Virus record (IMG/VR): IMGVR_UViG_3300044691_000465
Span: 1 to 62,874 of that record
Length of the DNA: 62,874 nt
Source of the DNA: a virus
Taxonomy: Duplodnaviria > Caudoviricetes
Strand: one strand, 5' to 3'
Made by a program: the position numbers and the translations under genes. Position 1 is the stretch's first letter; every line of letters begins with the position of its first letter. Under the pieces are notes generated by a model. It searched no databases and had not been told where the DNA came from. It saw nothing but the letters and a program-made list of their open reading frames with translations. Of this stretch, positions 27,766-37,800 are shown one piece after another.

Positions 27766-29652
27766 ATGACCGTAGTCAATAAAATTGACAGCAACTTCAC
27801 TGGCCTTCGCTTCGCGGTGGAGAGCAACCAAGTCGGTGTCCTCCCGGCCAATCCCGTTTGGTATCCGGTTGAGCCCAACAGCTACACCAAGTTCGGTGGC
27901 ACGCTGAAGACGAAGGCGCGCAACCCGATCAACGATGGTCGCCAGCGCAAGAAGGGCGTGATCGTCGACTTCGACGCGCTCGCTGAATACGAGATGGACC
28001 TGACCGAAGACAACACCCAGATCATGATGAGCTCGTTCCTGTTCGCCAACCCGCGCACCAAGGTTGAGCTGCCGGTCGGCGCCGTGTCCGCCGCTGGCTA
28101 CGCTCCGGTCGCTGGTGGCGCTGCCTACTTCGCTGGCAACCTGCTCTACGCCAAGGGCTTCTCCTTGGGTGCCAACAACGGCCTGTCCAAGGTCACTGGC
28201 ACTCCCACTGGCGTCCAGGTGCCCACCACCGCTGCGCTCGTTACCGAGAACAGTGTCGGTGGCGTCATCAGCCGCGTTGGCCACGAGTTTGCTGCCAGCG
28301 TCGCGACCATCGACGTGTCCGGCCTTCTGCCCAAGCTAGTGATCAGCGGTGTGGCTGCGGCCTCGCAGGCCCTCACCACCACGGGTGTGTTCACCAACGG
28401 CGAAACGATCACCGTCGGTGGCAAGACCTACACCCTCCAGACCGTGCTGACCAACGTCGACGGCAACGTGAAGATCGCGGGCTCCACCGCGCTGACGCTC
28501 ACCAACATCGCCAACGCCATCACCCTGAACGGCTTGGGCGTCCCTGGCACGGACTTCGCGCTCGCAATGACGGACAACCCGCTCGTCAGCGCGACCGCAA
28601 CGTCCACCGTGCTCACGGCGACCGCCGACGTTGCTGGCACTCCCGGCAACACCATTGGCTCTACCACCACGACCGCCAACGCAACCTGGGGCGCTGCCAC
28701 CTTGGTTGGTGGTACCGGCCGCTCGTTCCTGGACTTCGGCATCATCCCCGGAGAGTATGTCTGCATCGGCGACGATGGCGTTGGACAGTCCTTCGCCAAC
28801 CAGAGCAACAACGGCCTGAAGCGCGTGCGCGCCCTCACCGACAACTCGCTGACCTTCGACAAGTCGACCTTGCTGATGGTTACCGATGCCGGCACCGGCA
28901 AGACCATTCGCGTGATCATGGGCCGTGTCATCAAGAACGAAGTCGGCGCGAACATCCACCGGCAGACCCTGCAGTTCGAGCGCACCTTGGGCGCCCCGGA
29001 CGACAGCTCCAGCGCGGTGCAGGCGGAATACATTACCGGCTGCGTTGCCAACACCTTTGACCTGAGCATCAAGACAGCGGACAAGCTGAACCTGAAGCTC
29101 GGCTTCATGGCCCGCGACCAGGAGACCGTTACCGCCGTGCAAGGCCTCAAGGTAGGCACTCGTCCCGTGCTGCAGGAGAGCGATGCCTACAACAGCTCTT
29201 CTCACGTGGCGCGCTTGTCGCTCGCCGCGATCGATCCGACCACTGCAACTCCGACCGATCTGTTTGCCTTCCTTCTCGACCTTGATCTTTCGATCAAGAA
29301 CAACGTGAAGGCGAACAAGGCCGTGAAGTTTCTCGGTTCCTTCGACAACTCGGCTGGCATCTTCGAAGTCGACGCGAAAATGACTGCCTACTTCGCGACA
29401 GTCGATGCAATTAGGGAAGTGCGACAGAATGGCGACGTTACCCTGGACATTACGTTCGCGCAGGCGAATAAGGGGCTGACGTTCGACCTTCCGCTCGTTA
29501 CTCTCGCGTCCGATGGTGCCAACGTGAAGCAGGACACGGCGATCGAAATCCCGGTCACCTCAACTGCAGCGACCGGCTCCAAGCTGGACATCAACCTGAA
29601 CCACACCTTGCTGGTCCAGTACTGGGATTACATCCCGACGCTGGCGGCGTAA
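27766..29652 (+). CDS. Major tail tube protein with an inserted beta-sandwich domain
   Basis: KIDSN.TGLR, EPNSY..FG and RNPIN..RQRKKG; insertion at about 28348-28713. Confidence 0.85.
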   Translation: MTVVNKIDSNFTGLRFAVESNQVGVLPANPVWYPVEPNSYTKFGGTLKTKARNPINDGRQRKKGVIVDFDALAEYEMDLTEDNTQIMMSSFLFANPRTKVELPVGAVSAAGYAPVAGGAAYFAGNLLYAKGFSLGANNGLSKVTGTPTGVQVPTTAALVTENSVGGVISRVGHEFAASVATIDVSGLLPKLVISGVAAASQALTTTGVFTNGETITVGGKTYTLQTVLTNVDGNVKIAGSTALTLTNIANAITLNGLGVPGTDFALAMTDNPLVSATATSTVLTATADVAGTPGNTIGSTTTTANATWGAATLVGGTGRSFLDFGIIPGEYVCIGDDGVGQSFANQSNNGLKRVRALTDNSLTFDKSTLLMVTDAGTGKTIRVIMGRVIKNEVGANIHRQTLQFERTLGAPDDSSSAVQAEYITGCVANTFDLSIKTADKLNLKLGFMARDQETVTAVQGLKVGTRPVLQESDAYNSSSHVARLSLAAIDPTTATPTDLFAFLLDLDLSIKNNVKANKAVKFLGSFDNSAGIFEVDAKMTAYFATVDAIREVRQNGDVTLDITFAQANKGLTFDLPLVTLASDGANVKQDTAIEIPVTSTAATGSKLDINLNHTLLVQYWDYIPTLAA

Positions 29653-29663
29653 GAAAGGCTCCC

Positions 29664-30080
29664 ATGTCTGAAGTATCAAACGGCGCGTCCGTCTACGATC
29701 TTTATGAGACCGTAGCGGACGCGGAAAGCACTGGTGCGTGGATCGACATTGGCCCCGCTCGGTTCAAACTGGCCCGCACTGGTGGCGCCAACGAGAACTT
29801 CATGAAGACCGCTTCCAAGCGGCTCAAGCCATTTCAGGCCGCGCTCGAGAACCTGCCCAAGAAGGCAGCGGACGAGCTCGCCATTGGCATCTTCATCGAC
29901 ACCATCCTGATGGATTGGGATGGCGTGAAGGGTCGCGACGGAGTTGTCATTCCCTTCTCGAAGGAAGCTGCCAAGGCGCTGCTGAAAGACCTGCCGAACC
30001 TGCTCACCGCGCTTCAACAGGAAGCCAACAAGATGAGCAATTTCACCCAGGCCAATCTCGAGGCCGCAGCAAAAAACTAA
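29664..30080 (+). CDS. Tail assembly chaperone (gpG-like)
   Basis: After the tail tube; ends in slippery A AAA AAC TAA. Confidence 0.85.
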   Translation: MSEVSNGASVYDLYETVADAESTGAWIDIGPARFKLARTGGANENFMKTASKRLKPFQAALENLPKKAADELAIGIFIDTILMDWDGVKGRDGVVIPFSKEAAKALLKDLPNLLTALQQEANKMSNFTQANLEAAAKN

Positions 30081-30499
30081 CGGAGTGCCTTGTCGACACG
30101 CTCGAGAAGGCACCGCTTCGTAACAAGATCATACAGCAAGCGGTGAAGTCAGGCCGCGCAATCCCGCCAAGACTTCTGGAGACACCTCCAGAAGTCAGCA
30201 ACGGGTTGCAGCTGTATATGAACGCCTTTTGGGCACTGTGCTCGTGCAGAGGTGGTGGCCCGCTTATTCCCTGGACTGCCGTGCAGCACTATGCCGACAC
30301 CCTGGGCTTGGATCGCGGCGAGGCGCTGGACCTACATTTTCTCGTCTCCCGGCTTGATATGGCGTATGCTAATTGGGCGAACAAGAAGGGCAAGGGCGAT
30401 GGGAAGCTTGAGAGACCTAGCGAACAAGATGGACCGACTATCCAAACAAATCCCGGTCGAGGTGGCCAAAGGTCTCAAGGAAACCGTCCTGGTAATTGA
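30071..30499 (+). CDS. -1 frameshift extension of the tail assembly chaperone (gpGT-like)
   Basis: Heptamer AAAAAAC at 30071-30077; -1 frame open to 30499 with AFW.L...R...IPW....Y...D..Y. Confidence 0.8.
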   Translation, partial: KKLTECLVDTLEKAPLRNKIIQQAVKSGRAIPPRLLETPPEVSNGLQLYMNAFWALCSCRGGGPLIPWTAVQHYADTLGLDRGEALDLHFLVSRLDMAYANWANKKGKGDGKLERPSEQDGPTIQTNPGRGGQRSQGNRPGN

Positions 30500-30827
30500 T
30501 CAGGCGCTGGTTACTGCAACCCCTGTGGACACTGGTAGGGCGCGCTCGAATTGGGTGGTTGGGATCGGACCATCCACTGAGGCCATCGACGCCTACGCTC
30601 CGGGAACCAAGGGCAGCTCGGGAGGCGCCAACACTGCTGCAGCCCTCCAGCAGGCCAAGGACTTTCTCGACGGGACAGATGCATCAACCATTTATATTTC
30701 GAACAACCTGAAGTATATACAGTACCTTAACGAAGGCAGTTCCGCGCAGGCACCATCCGGATTTATTGAAGCCGCTGTGCAGGCCGGGATTGACTACGTT
30801 AAAACCCTGAAGGTTTTAGGAGAATGA
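30399..30827 (+). CDS. Neck / tail completion protein (HK97 gp10-like)
   Basis: TPVDTGRARSNW, IYISNNL.YI..LNEG.S.QAP.GF. Confidence 0.85.
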   Translation: MGSLRDLANKMDRLSKQIPVEVAKGLKETVLVIDQALVTATPVDTGRARSNWVVGIGPSTEAIDAYAPGTKGSSGGANTAAALQQAKDFLDGTDASTIYISNNLKYIQYLNEGSSAQAPSGFIEAAVQAGIDYVKTLKVLGE

Positions 30828-33415
30828 GCGACTCAGTTGACATTATCGTCTCAGAGACCGGCGCGGATGATGCAGCAGCTAGCCTTGCTGCTGTCAGCGC
30901 AGCAGCTGACCAAGCTGCCACTTCGGTAGACACCGCAAACCAATCCATCAACTTTCTGAAGGACGCCACCGCGAGTGCACAATCGCCTCTGGACGCGCTA
31001 GCGTCCGCTGCAGACCAAGGCACGACCGCGTTCGACAGCAACTACAAGATGGTGTACAACGCCGAGACTGGCTTCTACGATATCGTCACTGCGGCCCAGG
31101 AAGCTGCGGCCGCAATCCAACTCGCTGCAGAGGCAGCGGACGCTTCTGGCAATGCCTCCGTCAAGGCGGCCGACGCGCTTGGCGAACACAAGACGAGCCT
31201 GGACCACCACGCAGAGGCCACCCACGCGGCCAAGGAGCAGACCGAAGCTCTCACCGAAGCAACCAACCTTCTCAAGGAAGCGCTTGGCTTCTTGGGACTG
31301 GCTTTGGGTGTCGAGAAGGTCATTGACATGGCCGAAAAGTTCGAGCAGCTGACAATCAAGCTGAGCGGTGTTTCCAAGAACTCAAAAGAGCTCGAAGAGA
31401 ACTTGAAAGCGCTGGAGGACATTTCGCAGAAGACAGGTTCGTCCCTGACTGCAAACGCCAACGCTTTCCAGAAGCTTGCGATCGAAACCAAGGGCGCTGG
31501 TATTTCGCAGAAGGACTTGCTCACGACCATTGAAGGCGTCGATCAGGCTGTGCGCTTGTCTGGTGGCACTTCGGATCAGGCCGCGCAAGCGCTCAACGTC
31601 TTCTCCCGTGCGCTGGCGACAGGCTCGGTGCAAGGTCGACAATTCCGCACGCTGCTCATTCAGTTCCCCGCACTCGGCAAGATGATTGCAGATGGCTTGG
31701 GCGAGCCACTCAGCGCGCTCACGTCGTTTAGCGCCAAGGCGCCGTTGGCCTCCAAGGACTTCATCGAGGCCTTCGTGAAGGCCTCGGATAGCGCTCGGAA
31801 AGCCGGTGGCGAGATTGAGCTCACGCTTGGGCAAGCGCTGACCACGCTCGGCAACGCGGTGATGATCTACATCGGCCAGACCAACGAGAGCACTGGAGCC
31901 ACCGCGAAGCTAGCCGCGATCGTTCATTTCCTTGCAGAGAATTTCCAGACCATTGCCACGGTGGTAACCATCGCTGCAACCGCCTACGGCACGTACCTCG
32001 CCATCCTTGTTGTCATCCCTGGCGTGATCAACACGATCATTGCAGCCACCAACCGGCTGACCGTTGCTGTTGCTGCCAACCCCTTGGGCTTCCTGGCGGT
32101 CGCCATCGTGTCGCTGATCGCGATCACCTACGAATATGGCAACTCGGTAAAGCTAACCAGCGATGGCAGCATCACGCTGCTTGGTGCAGTGATCGGCCTT
32201 TGGAATTTGCTGAAGGAGGCAATGATCAAAATCTGGGAATACGTTGGTGGCCCGCTCACTGCCGTCTTCATGTTCTTCTTCAACAACGTTATCCTGGCGC
32301 CTTTCCACCTCGTGATCACCGTGATCAACGACATTATCTGGGCGCTTAATAAGATCGGAGCAGCCATCCCGCCGCTCAGCGATAGCATTGTCTCGTTCAA
32401 AGAACATATCGTTGACGCGATGAAAGAGGCCACCACCAAGCTGAACGAGACCGAAGAGCACTCCAAGACCCTGGCAGAGACCTTGGGTGGCGACGATGAA
32501 ACGCACAACGTCTCTGGAGCAGCGAAGAAGGCAACTACTTCGGTGAAGGGCCTCTCCAGCGCAGCCAACGACCTGGGTGTCCAGATGGGGCGCGTAGACG
32601 CTTCGCTCATCCCGGCTGGCAATGGGCTGATCAAGGCGGCAGAAGCTGCCAAGAAGGCTGCAGACGAATGGAAGAAATACTCTGCCGAAGTGGACGCGAA
32701 CACCAAGGCTGTGCAGGCCAACGCGCTGATGACACAAGACGCGATGGGCAACATGATAAAGGCCACCGACGAGTGGGCGCGTCGCTCTGGCGACGACTAC
32801 AACGGCATTGCAAGCAAGGCCAGCGCCGCGACAACTGCCGTGCAGGGGCTGCAGGCCGCGCAGAGTGCGGCCTCTGCTGCTTCGGCGGCAACGACCGGCG
32901 CAAGGTCGGTCGGCGGCGATGGTACGCAGAGCACCAACGCGATGTTGGAAGGCGGCAAGAGCACCGACGGTGGAGCGCACTTCCAACTGCCTGGGCAGAG
33001 CCTCCACAACTACCAGCTCTACGGCTACCCGCTTGGCGATGTTACCAGCGCCTCCGCATGGAACGACCTTCTTACAGAGACGGCTGACGCCGCGCTGCAA
33101 GCGAAGATCAGAGGCGACGCGCACACCCGGCATATCCCAGGTTTTGCGACCGGCGGATCGTTCCTTGTTGGTGGCAGCGGCGGTCTCGACAGCCAGCTCG
33201 TTACGTTCATGGCTTCTCCGGATGAGCGCGTTACCGTGCAGACGCCAGAGCAACAGCGTCGCGGCATTACATCCGGTGATGGTTCGTCCGCCAGCGGTGG
33301 CGGCACGCAGCGTCCGATCTTCATGACAATCAACACGCCGGATGCCAACAGCTTCCGACGCTCCACCAGCCAAATTCTCCTTGAGCTGCGGTCCAAACTT
33401 AATCAGGTAGGCTGA
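30824..33415 (+). CDS. Tape measure protein
   Basis: Ala-rich helical, ALATGSVQG..F tape-measure domain, TM stretches, FATGGSF.VGG and TPDANSFRRS..QI C-terminus. Confidence 0.9.
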   Translation: MSDSVDIIVSETGADDAAASLAAVSAAADQAATSVDTANQSINFLKDATASAQSPLDALASAADQGTTAFDSNYKMVYNAETGFYDIVTAAQEAAAAIQLAAEAADASGNASVKAADALGEHKTSLDHHAEATHAAKEQTEALTEATNLLKEALGFLGLALGVEKVIDMAEKFEQLTIKLSGVSKNSKELEENLKALEDISQKTGSSLTANANAFQKLAIETKGAGISQKDLLTTIEGVDQAVRLSGGTSDQAAQALNVFSRALATGSVQGRQFRTLLIQFPALGKMIADGLGEPLSALTSFSAKAPLASKDFIEAFVKASDSARKAGGEIELTLGQALTTLGNAVMIYIGQTNESTGATAKLAAIVHFLAENFQTIATVVTIAATAYGTYLAILVVIPGVINTIIAATNRLTVAVAANPLGFLAVAIVSLIAITYEYGNSVKLTSDGSITLLGAVIGLWNLLKEAMIKIWEYVGGPLTAVFMFFFNNVILAPFHLVITVINDIIWALNKIGAAIPPLSDSIVSFKEHIVDAMKEATTKLNETEEHSKTLAETLGGDDETHNVSGAAKKATTSVKGLSSAANDLGVQMGRVDASLIPAGNGLIKAAEAAKKAADEWKKYSAEVDANTKAVQANALMTQDAMGNMIKATDEWARRSGDDYNGIASKASAATTAVQGLQAAQSAASAASAATTGARSVGGDGTQSTNAMLEGGKSTDGGAHFQLPGQSLHNYQLYGYPLGDVTSASAWNDLLTETADAALQAKIRGDAHTRHIPGFATGGSFLVGGSGGLDSQLVTFMASPDERVTVQTPEQQRRGITSGDGSSASGGGTQRPIFMTINTPDANSFRRSTSQILLELRSKLNQVG

Positions 33416-33416
33416 C

Positions 33417-34007
33417 ATGGCTTTTCACGACGTTCGACTGCCCGATGAAATCGAGCAAGGCGCGACAGGTGGACCGACGTTTCTAACGACGGTCAACCCC
33501 ATGTCGTCCGGCCGCGAGCAGCTCAACATCAACTGGAGCGACGCGCGCATCGCCTGGGACATTTCCTACGGCATCCAAAGCCAGGAAGACTTCGACGTCT
33601 GCAAGGCGTTCTTCTATGCGCGGCGAGGCCAGGGCAACAGTTTCCGCTTCAAGGACTGGTCGGACTACCAGATGGTGGCCGAGCACATCGGAGTGGGCGA
33701 CGCGGTCGCTACACAGTTCCAGCTCACCAAGACCTACGAGCCTGGAGCCTACCAGTACGTGCGCAGGATCACCCGGCCGGTTGTTGGCACCATCCACGTG
33801 TTCGTTGGCGGCGTTGAGGTTGGCTTCACGCTTCAACCTTTGGGCGTTGTGCTCTTGGGCGCTGCACCAGCCATTGGTGCGCTGGTCCAGGCGAACGCAG
33901 AGTTTGATGTGCCCGTGCGCTTCAACGTTGACGCGTTCTCGCTATCGTTGGACACCTCCACCGCTGGCGCCATTGGCCACCTCCCGCTCCTTGAGGCCCG
34001 CGAATGA
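33417..34007 (+). CDS. Distal tail protein (DUF2460, GTA-like)
   Basis: MAFHDVRLP, GGP.F.T, FFYARRG...FRFKDWSD, FDVPVRF. Confidence 0.9.
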   Translation: MAFHDVRLPDEIEQGATGGPTFLTTVNPMSSGREQLNINWSDARIAWDISYGIQSQEDFDVCKAFFYARRGQGNSFRFKDWSDYQMVAEHIGVGDAVATQFQLTKTYEPGAYQYVRRITRPVVGTIHVFVGGVEVGFTLQPLGVVLLGAAPAIGALVQANAEFDVPVRFNVDAFSLSLDTSTAGAIGHLPLLEARE

Positions 34008-34855
34008 AGTCTGCAAGCCCAGAGCTAATTGCGTCTATCAGCGCAGAAGCCACCACGCTGTGTCGGCTGTGGCGTGTCACGCGTAGGGATGGTACCGTGT
34101 TCCGGTTCACCGACGCGGTGCGCAATGTCACGTTCGGCGGCAACGTGTATCGCGCCGACGTGTCGTTCACGTCCTCCGCGATCTTCACCACCACGGTGGT
34201 TGCCAACCTGCAGAGCGTTACCCTCGCCATCATCATGGACGACACCGCGTTCGCCGAAGGCGACCTGCGCAAGCGGCTGTACGATAGCGCCATCGCTCAA
34301 ATCTCCGTGTGCGATTACACGCATCCGGAGTACGGCGAGCTCTTGCTGTTCTCCGGCAAGTTTGGCATCGTCCAGCTCTCCAACATTCAGACCGCTTCGA
34401 TCACGATCATTCCGGACAGCGGTGCAGCCACTGGCAAAGTCATCGGCAACGAGTGCTTCCAACAGACCTGCCGTGCCAACCTTGGCGACGTGCGCTGCAC
34501 CGTGAACATCGATCCGCTCAAGGTGGCGTTCACCGTGATCAGCGCGACAGGCGGCAGCTTCGTTGCGGCCGCGTTGAACCAACCATCGGCGCACTGGACG
34601 CTCGGCAAGATCAAGTGGCTGACCGGCCACAACGCTGGCACCGACAGCTTGATCAGCTCTGGGGATCAGGCCTCCACAAGCATCTTCCTCGCCGCGCCTC
34701 CGTTCTATCCGATCGCGCCAGGAGACACGGGCTACGCCTATCCCGGTTGCGACAAGCAGGCCATCACCTGCAGCAGCAAGTTCAATAACATCTTGAACAT
34801 GCGAGCAGAGCCGTTCATACCAGACGGCACACCCTCTGCAACCGGCCTAAGGTGA
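34004..34855 (+). CDS. Baseplate hub protein (DUF2163/BR0599, GTA-like)
   Basis: W.VTRRDG..F.FTD, CRA.LGD.RC, GCDK...TC..KF.N..N.R.EPFIP. Confidence 0.9.
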   Translation: MKSASPELIASISAEATTLCRLWRVTRRDGTVFRFTDAVRNVTFGGNVYRADVSFTSSAIFTTTVVANLQSVTLAIIMDDTAFAEGDLRKRLYDSAIAQISVCDYTHPEYGELLLFSGKFGIVQLSNIQTASITIIPDSGAATGKVIGNECFQQTCRANLGDVRCTVNIDPLKVAFTVISATGGSFVAAALNQPSAHWTLGKIKWLTGHNAGTDSLISSGDQASTSIFLAAPPFYPIAPGDTGYAYPGCDKQAITCSSKFNNILNMRAEPFIPDGTPSATGLR

Positions 34856-34858
34856 TCA

Positions 34859-37800
34859 ATGTCATCCCTCGTCGCACCGCTTCAAACGCCGCTCACTGGC
34901 CCGTCGATGCTGTTCGTTCCGGTGCAGACCGTGAACTACGCGTCCGCCTATGGCACGCCAATCCCGCTCTCGCAGGGTCTGCGCAAGGTTACAGGCACAC
35001 CGATCTGGCAAGGTCCCGTTGGCTCCAAGGTTGTGTCCAACAACCTCGATGGCTCGCAGACCGTTGGAAGCAATCCCAGCGCGCTCTCGACCACCACCAC
35101 GCTGTTCCGCAGCTTCGCGGTCTCTTTGGGCTATCAGCTAGAGACCGATGGCTCACAGCCACCTCCGAAGATCAGGCGTGTTTGGATCGACGGCACGCTG
35201 GTATTCGCGAATGGCTCTGCCACGCAGCCCGTGTTCTACAACATCGCCACCGGCCAATACAACCCGACCATTGGACAGGTTCCAATCCCGGCTGGCCTGC
35301 CTCCGGTTACCTCCGACGGCGCGTTCCCTCCGCCAGCGCCGGATGGCTTCCTTGGCAACCTGACCTACACGTTCTACGATGGTTCGGAAACGCAGCTGCC
35401 CGACTGGGAAATCCAGGCCGACAAGGGCGCCATCGCTCCGGCCTTCCGTGGCATGATGTACCTCGTTGTGCGCGGCCTTCCCGTTGGGCAAGGCACCATG
35501 CTGTTCCAGTACACCTCGCAGTTTGGCTTCTCCAGCGATCTGGTTGGAAGTCAGGCACCAGCGATCACTTCGACCCGGCTCCCGGTTATTCAAGTGGAGC
35601 TCATGGATGGTACGAGCCTGCCGTCGTTCGCCACCGAGATGACACCGCTGCCTGGGAGCCTTCCCTTCGGCGTTGGTGTGGTGGTGCTTTCGGACTTCCG
35701 CAAGCGGCTGCTGTGCACCAACACCGGCGCGCACCTCCACACTTTCGACATGGACGCCAAGGTCGAGATCGATTACAAGCCGATCACTGGCATTGCCGGC
35801 ATCGTTGACAACAATGGCTTCGGCGACCCTGGCAAGTTCAACAGCTGGGACCTAGTCAACGACGTGATCTATGGCCAGGGCTTCCCCGGTGCAACCATCG
35901 CCGCAGTGAACCGTGCAACCGGCGCTGGCGCCAATGGTCCCTATACGCACAGCTTCGATCTTGCAGCGCTCGACAGCATGGGCGCCAACGCTATCCCTTC
36001 GGGCACGGACGCTGTTGTCTTCCCAAGGTTCTGGTATGGCGACGTCGAACACGCGATCATCAATGGCGCAAACCAGCCCGTGGTGTTCGGCATCACCCAG
36101 GTTGGCTACGTCGCCGCGCTAACTCCGTCCAACGACGGGATGACGTGGCCTGCTGCTATCCCCAACAAGGCCATGCTGGACTTTACGGCGCGCTCGCCGA
36201 ACAGCATTTGCGCCATGCCGTTGCGCGAGCTGGCGTTGCAGAAGGGCCACAACGATTTCCAGGACACTGCCTTCCTCATTGGCTCTGGGCAGTTCATCTA
36301 CCTTGCACTCGTAACGGTTCGCCCTGGCCCAAAGGCGGCGATCGTTAGCGCCACACAAATCTATGACTCAGGCGATCCGACGCTCCACGCGTCTGCCTTC
36401 CTGGATGCCAACGGCGCAATCGTCGTGACAGACACCAGCGTCTCCATTGGCCTCGAGAAAGTTTCGCTGCTGCCGGTCGTCTATGACTTCGCTCCCAACT
36501 ACTCGTTGGCGCCAGGGTGGAACGGCATCTTCCCGCACGTGCAGCCTGCAGCTTACAAAGACCTTCCGCTCAATGTTGCTTGGAATGGTGGTGAGCCAAA
36601 CGTGTATGTCAACTCGGACTTCTCACGTGGCAACTTCGCCTATCTCGGTGGCATGATCAACCTTGCCGACGGCGCCTTCACCTTCACCGATCTAGGCGCG
36701 CTAGGTGGCGGCACAGGCGAGGCCTGGGACAGCGGTTCGCAGACCATGTTCTTCCGTGGCGCTGGCGTCGACGGTGAGCGCTTGCTTTGGGCAAGGCTGT
36801 CCAACGCCATCACTGGCACCGTTGGCTCGCTAGCGAGCTACCTCACGTTCTTCGCGGAACGCGGTGGCTACACGGTTGACAAGATCAACATCGATAACAC
36901 CATCAAAGATCAGGTGGTCGGCGCACTCATCACGGCGCCGACGGACTTGTCCACTCTGTTCGATCAGATCGCAGCGGTGTATGGCCTCATCTGGTTTGAT
37001 AGCGGTGGCGTGCTGAAGTTCGTGAAGCAGAACCGCTCGCCGATCAAAGCGACAAACACGCTCACCATCTCTGCCAACCCGGTCGATGGTGCCACCGTTA
37101 CGATCGGCACCTTTGTCTACAGGTTCAAGAACGTTATGTCCGCTCCGTTCGACGTTCAGATCGAACCAACGAAAGAGAGCACCATTGCCAACCTTGCGGC
37201 CACCGTCAACGGTAGCGGCACAGCTGGCATCTCGTTCTTCGCTGGCACGGTCTCGCCGCACACCAGCGTGAACGCAGCCATGGCTTCCAACACGGCGATG
37301 ACAGTTACAGCTCTGCTCGGTGGCGCGGCTGGCAATCTGATCGGCACAACGAGCACCTCCGGCGCGCTCGTCTTCGCGACAACTACGCTGCTCGGTGGCA
37401 ACCCGCCACCGGAGCCGGTTGTTGAGCTCACGTCCGACGACATGTCCTTCATTGCCAGCTCGACCCTGGGCACCGGGGACGTTCTGGTTACCACCTTCCC
37501 TGCACCCATAAGCCAAGGCGTTGCGGTGGCCGTTACCTACTACAATCTCGACGCGGACTACGCGATGGGAACGCAGCAGTACACGCCAGACCAAGGCACC
37601 GGCCTCGCGCCAGTTGTCACGACGGTAACGACCTACAACCTGCCGTTCACCATGGCGAACGCGGAGGCCTACGATCGCGTTACCAAGGTTGCACTGCGGA
37701 CCCTCGACAGCCAAGTTATTCAAGAGCTGCAGCTCACGCAGAAGCACATGCAGCTGGAGCCTTCCGACGTGGTCGGCATCACCATCAACAATTTCGCCTA

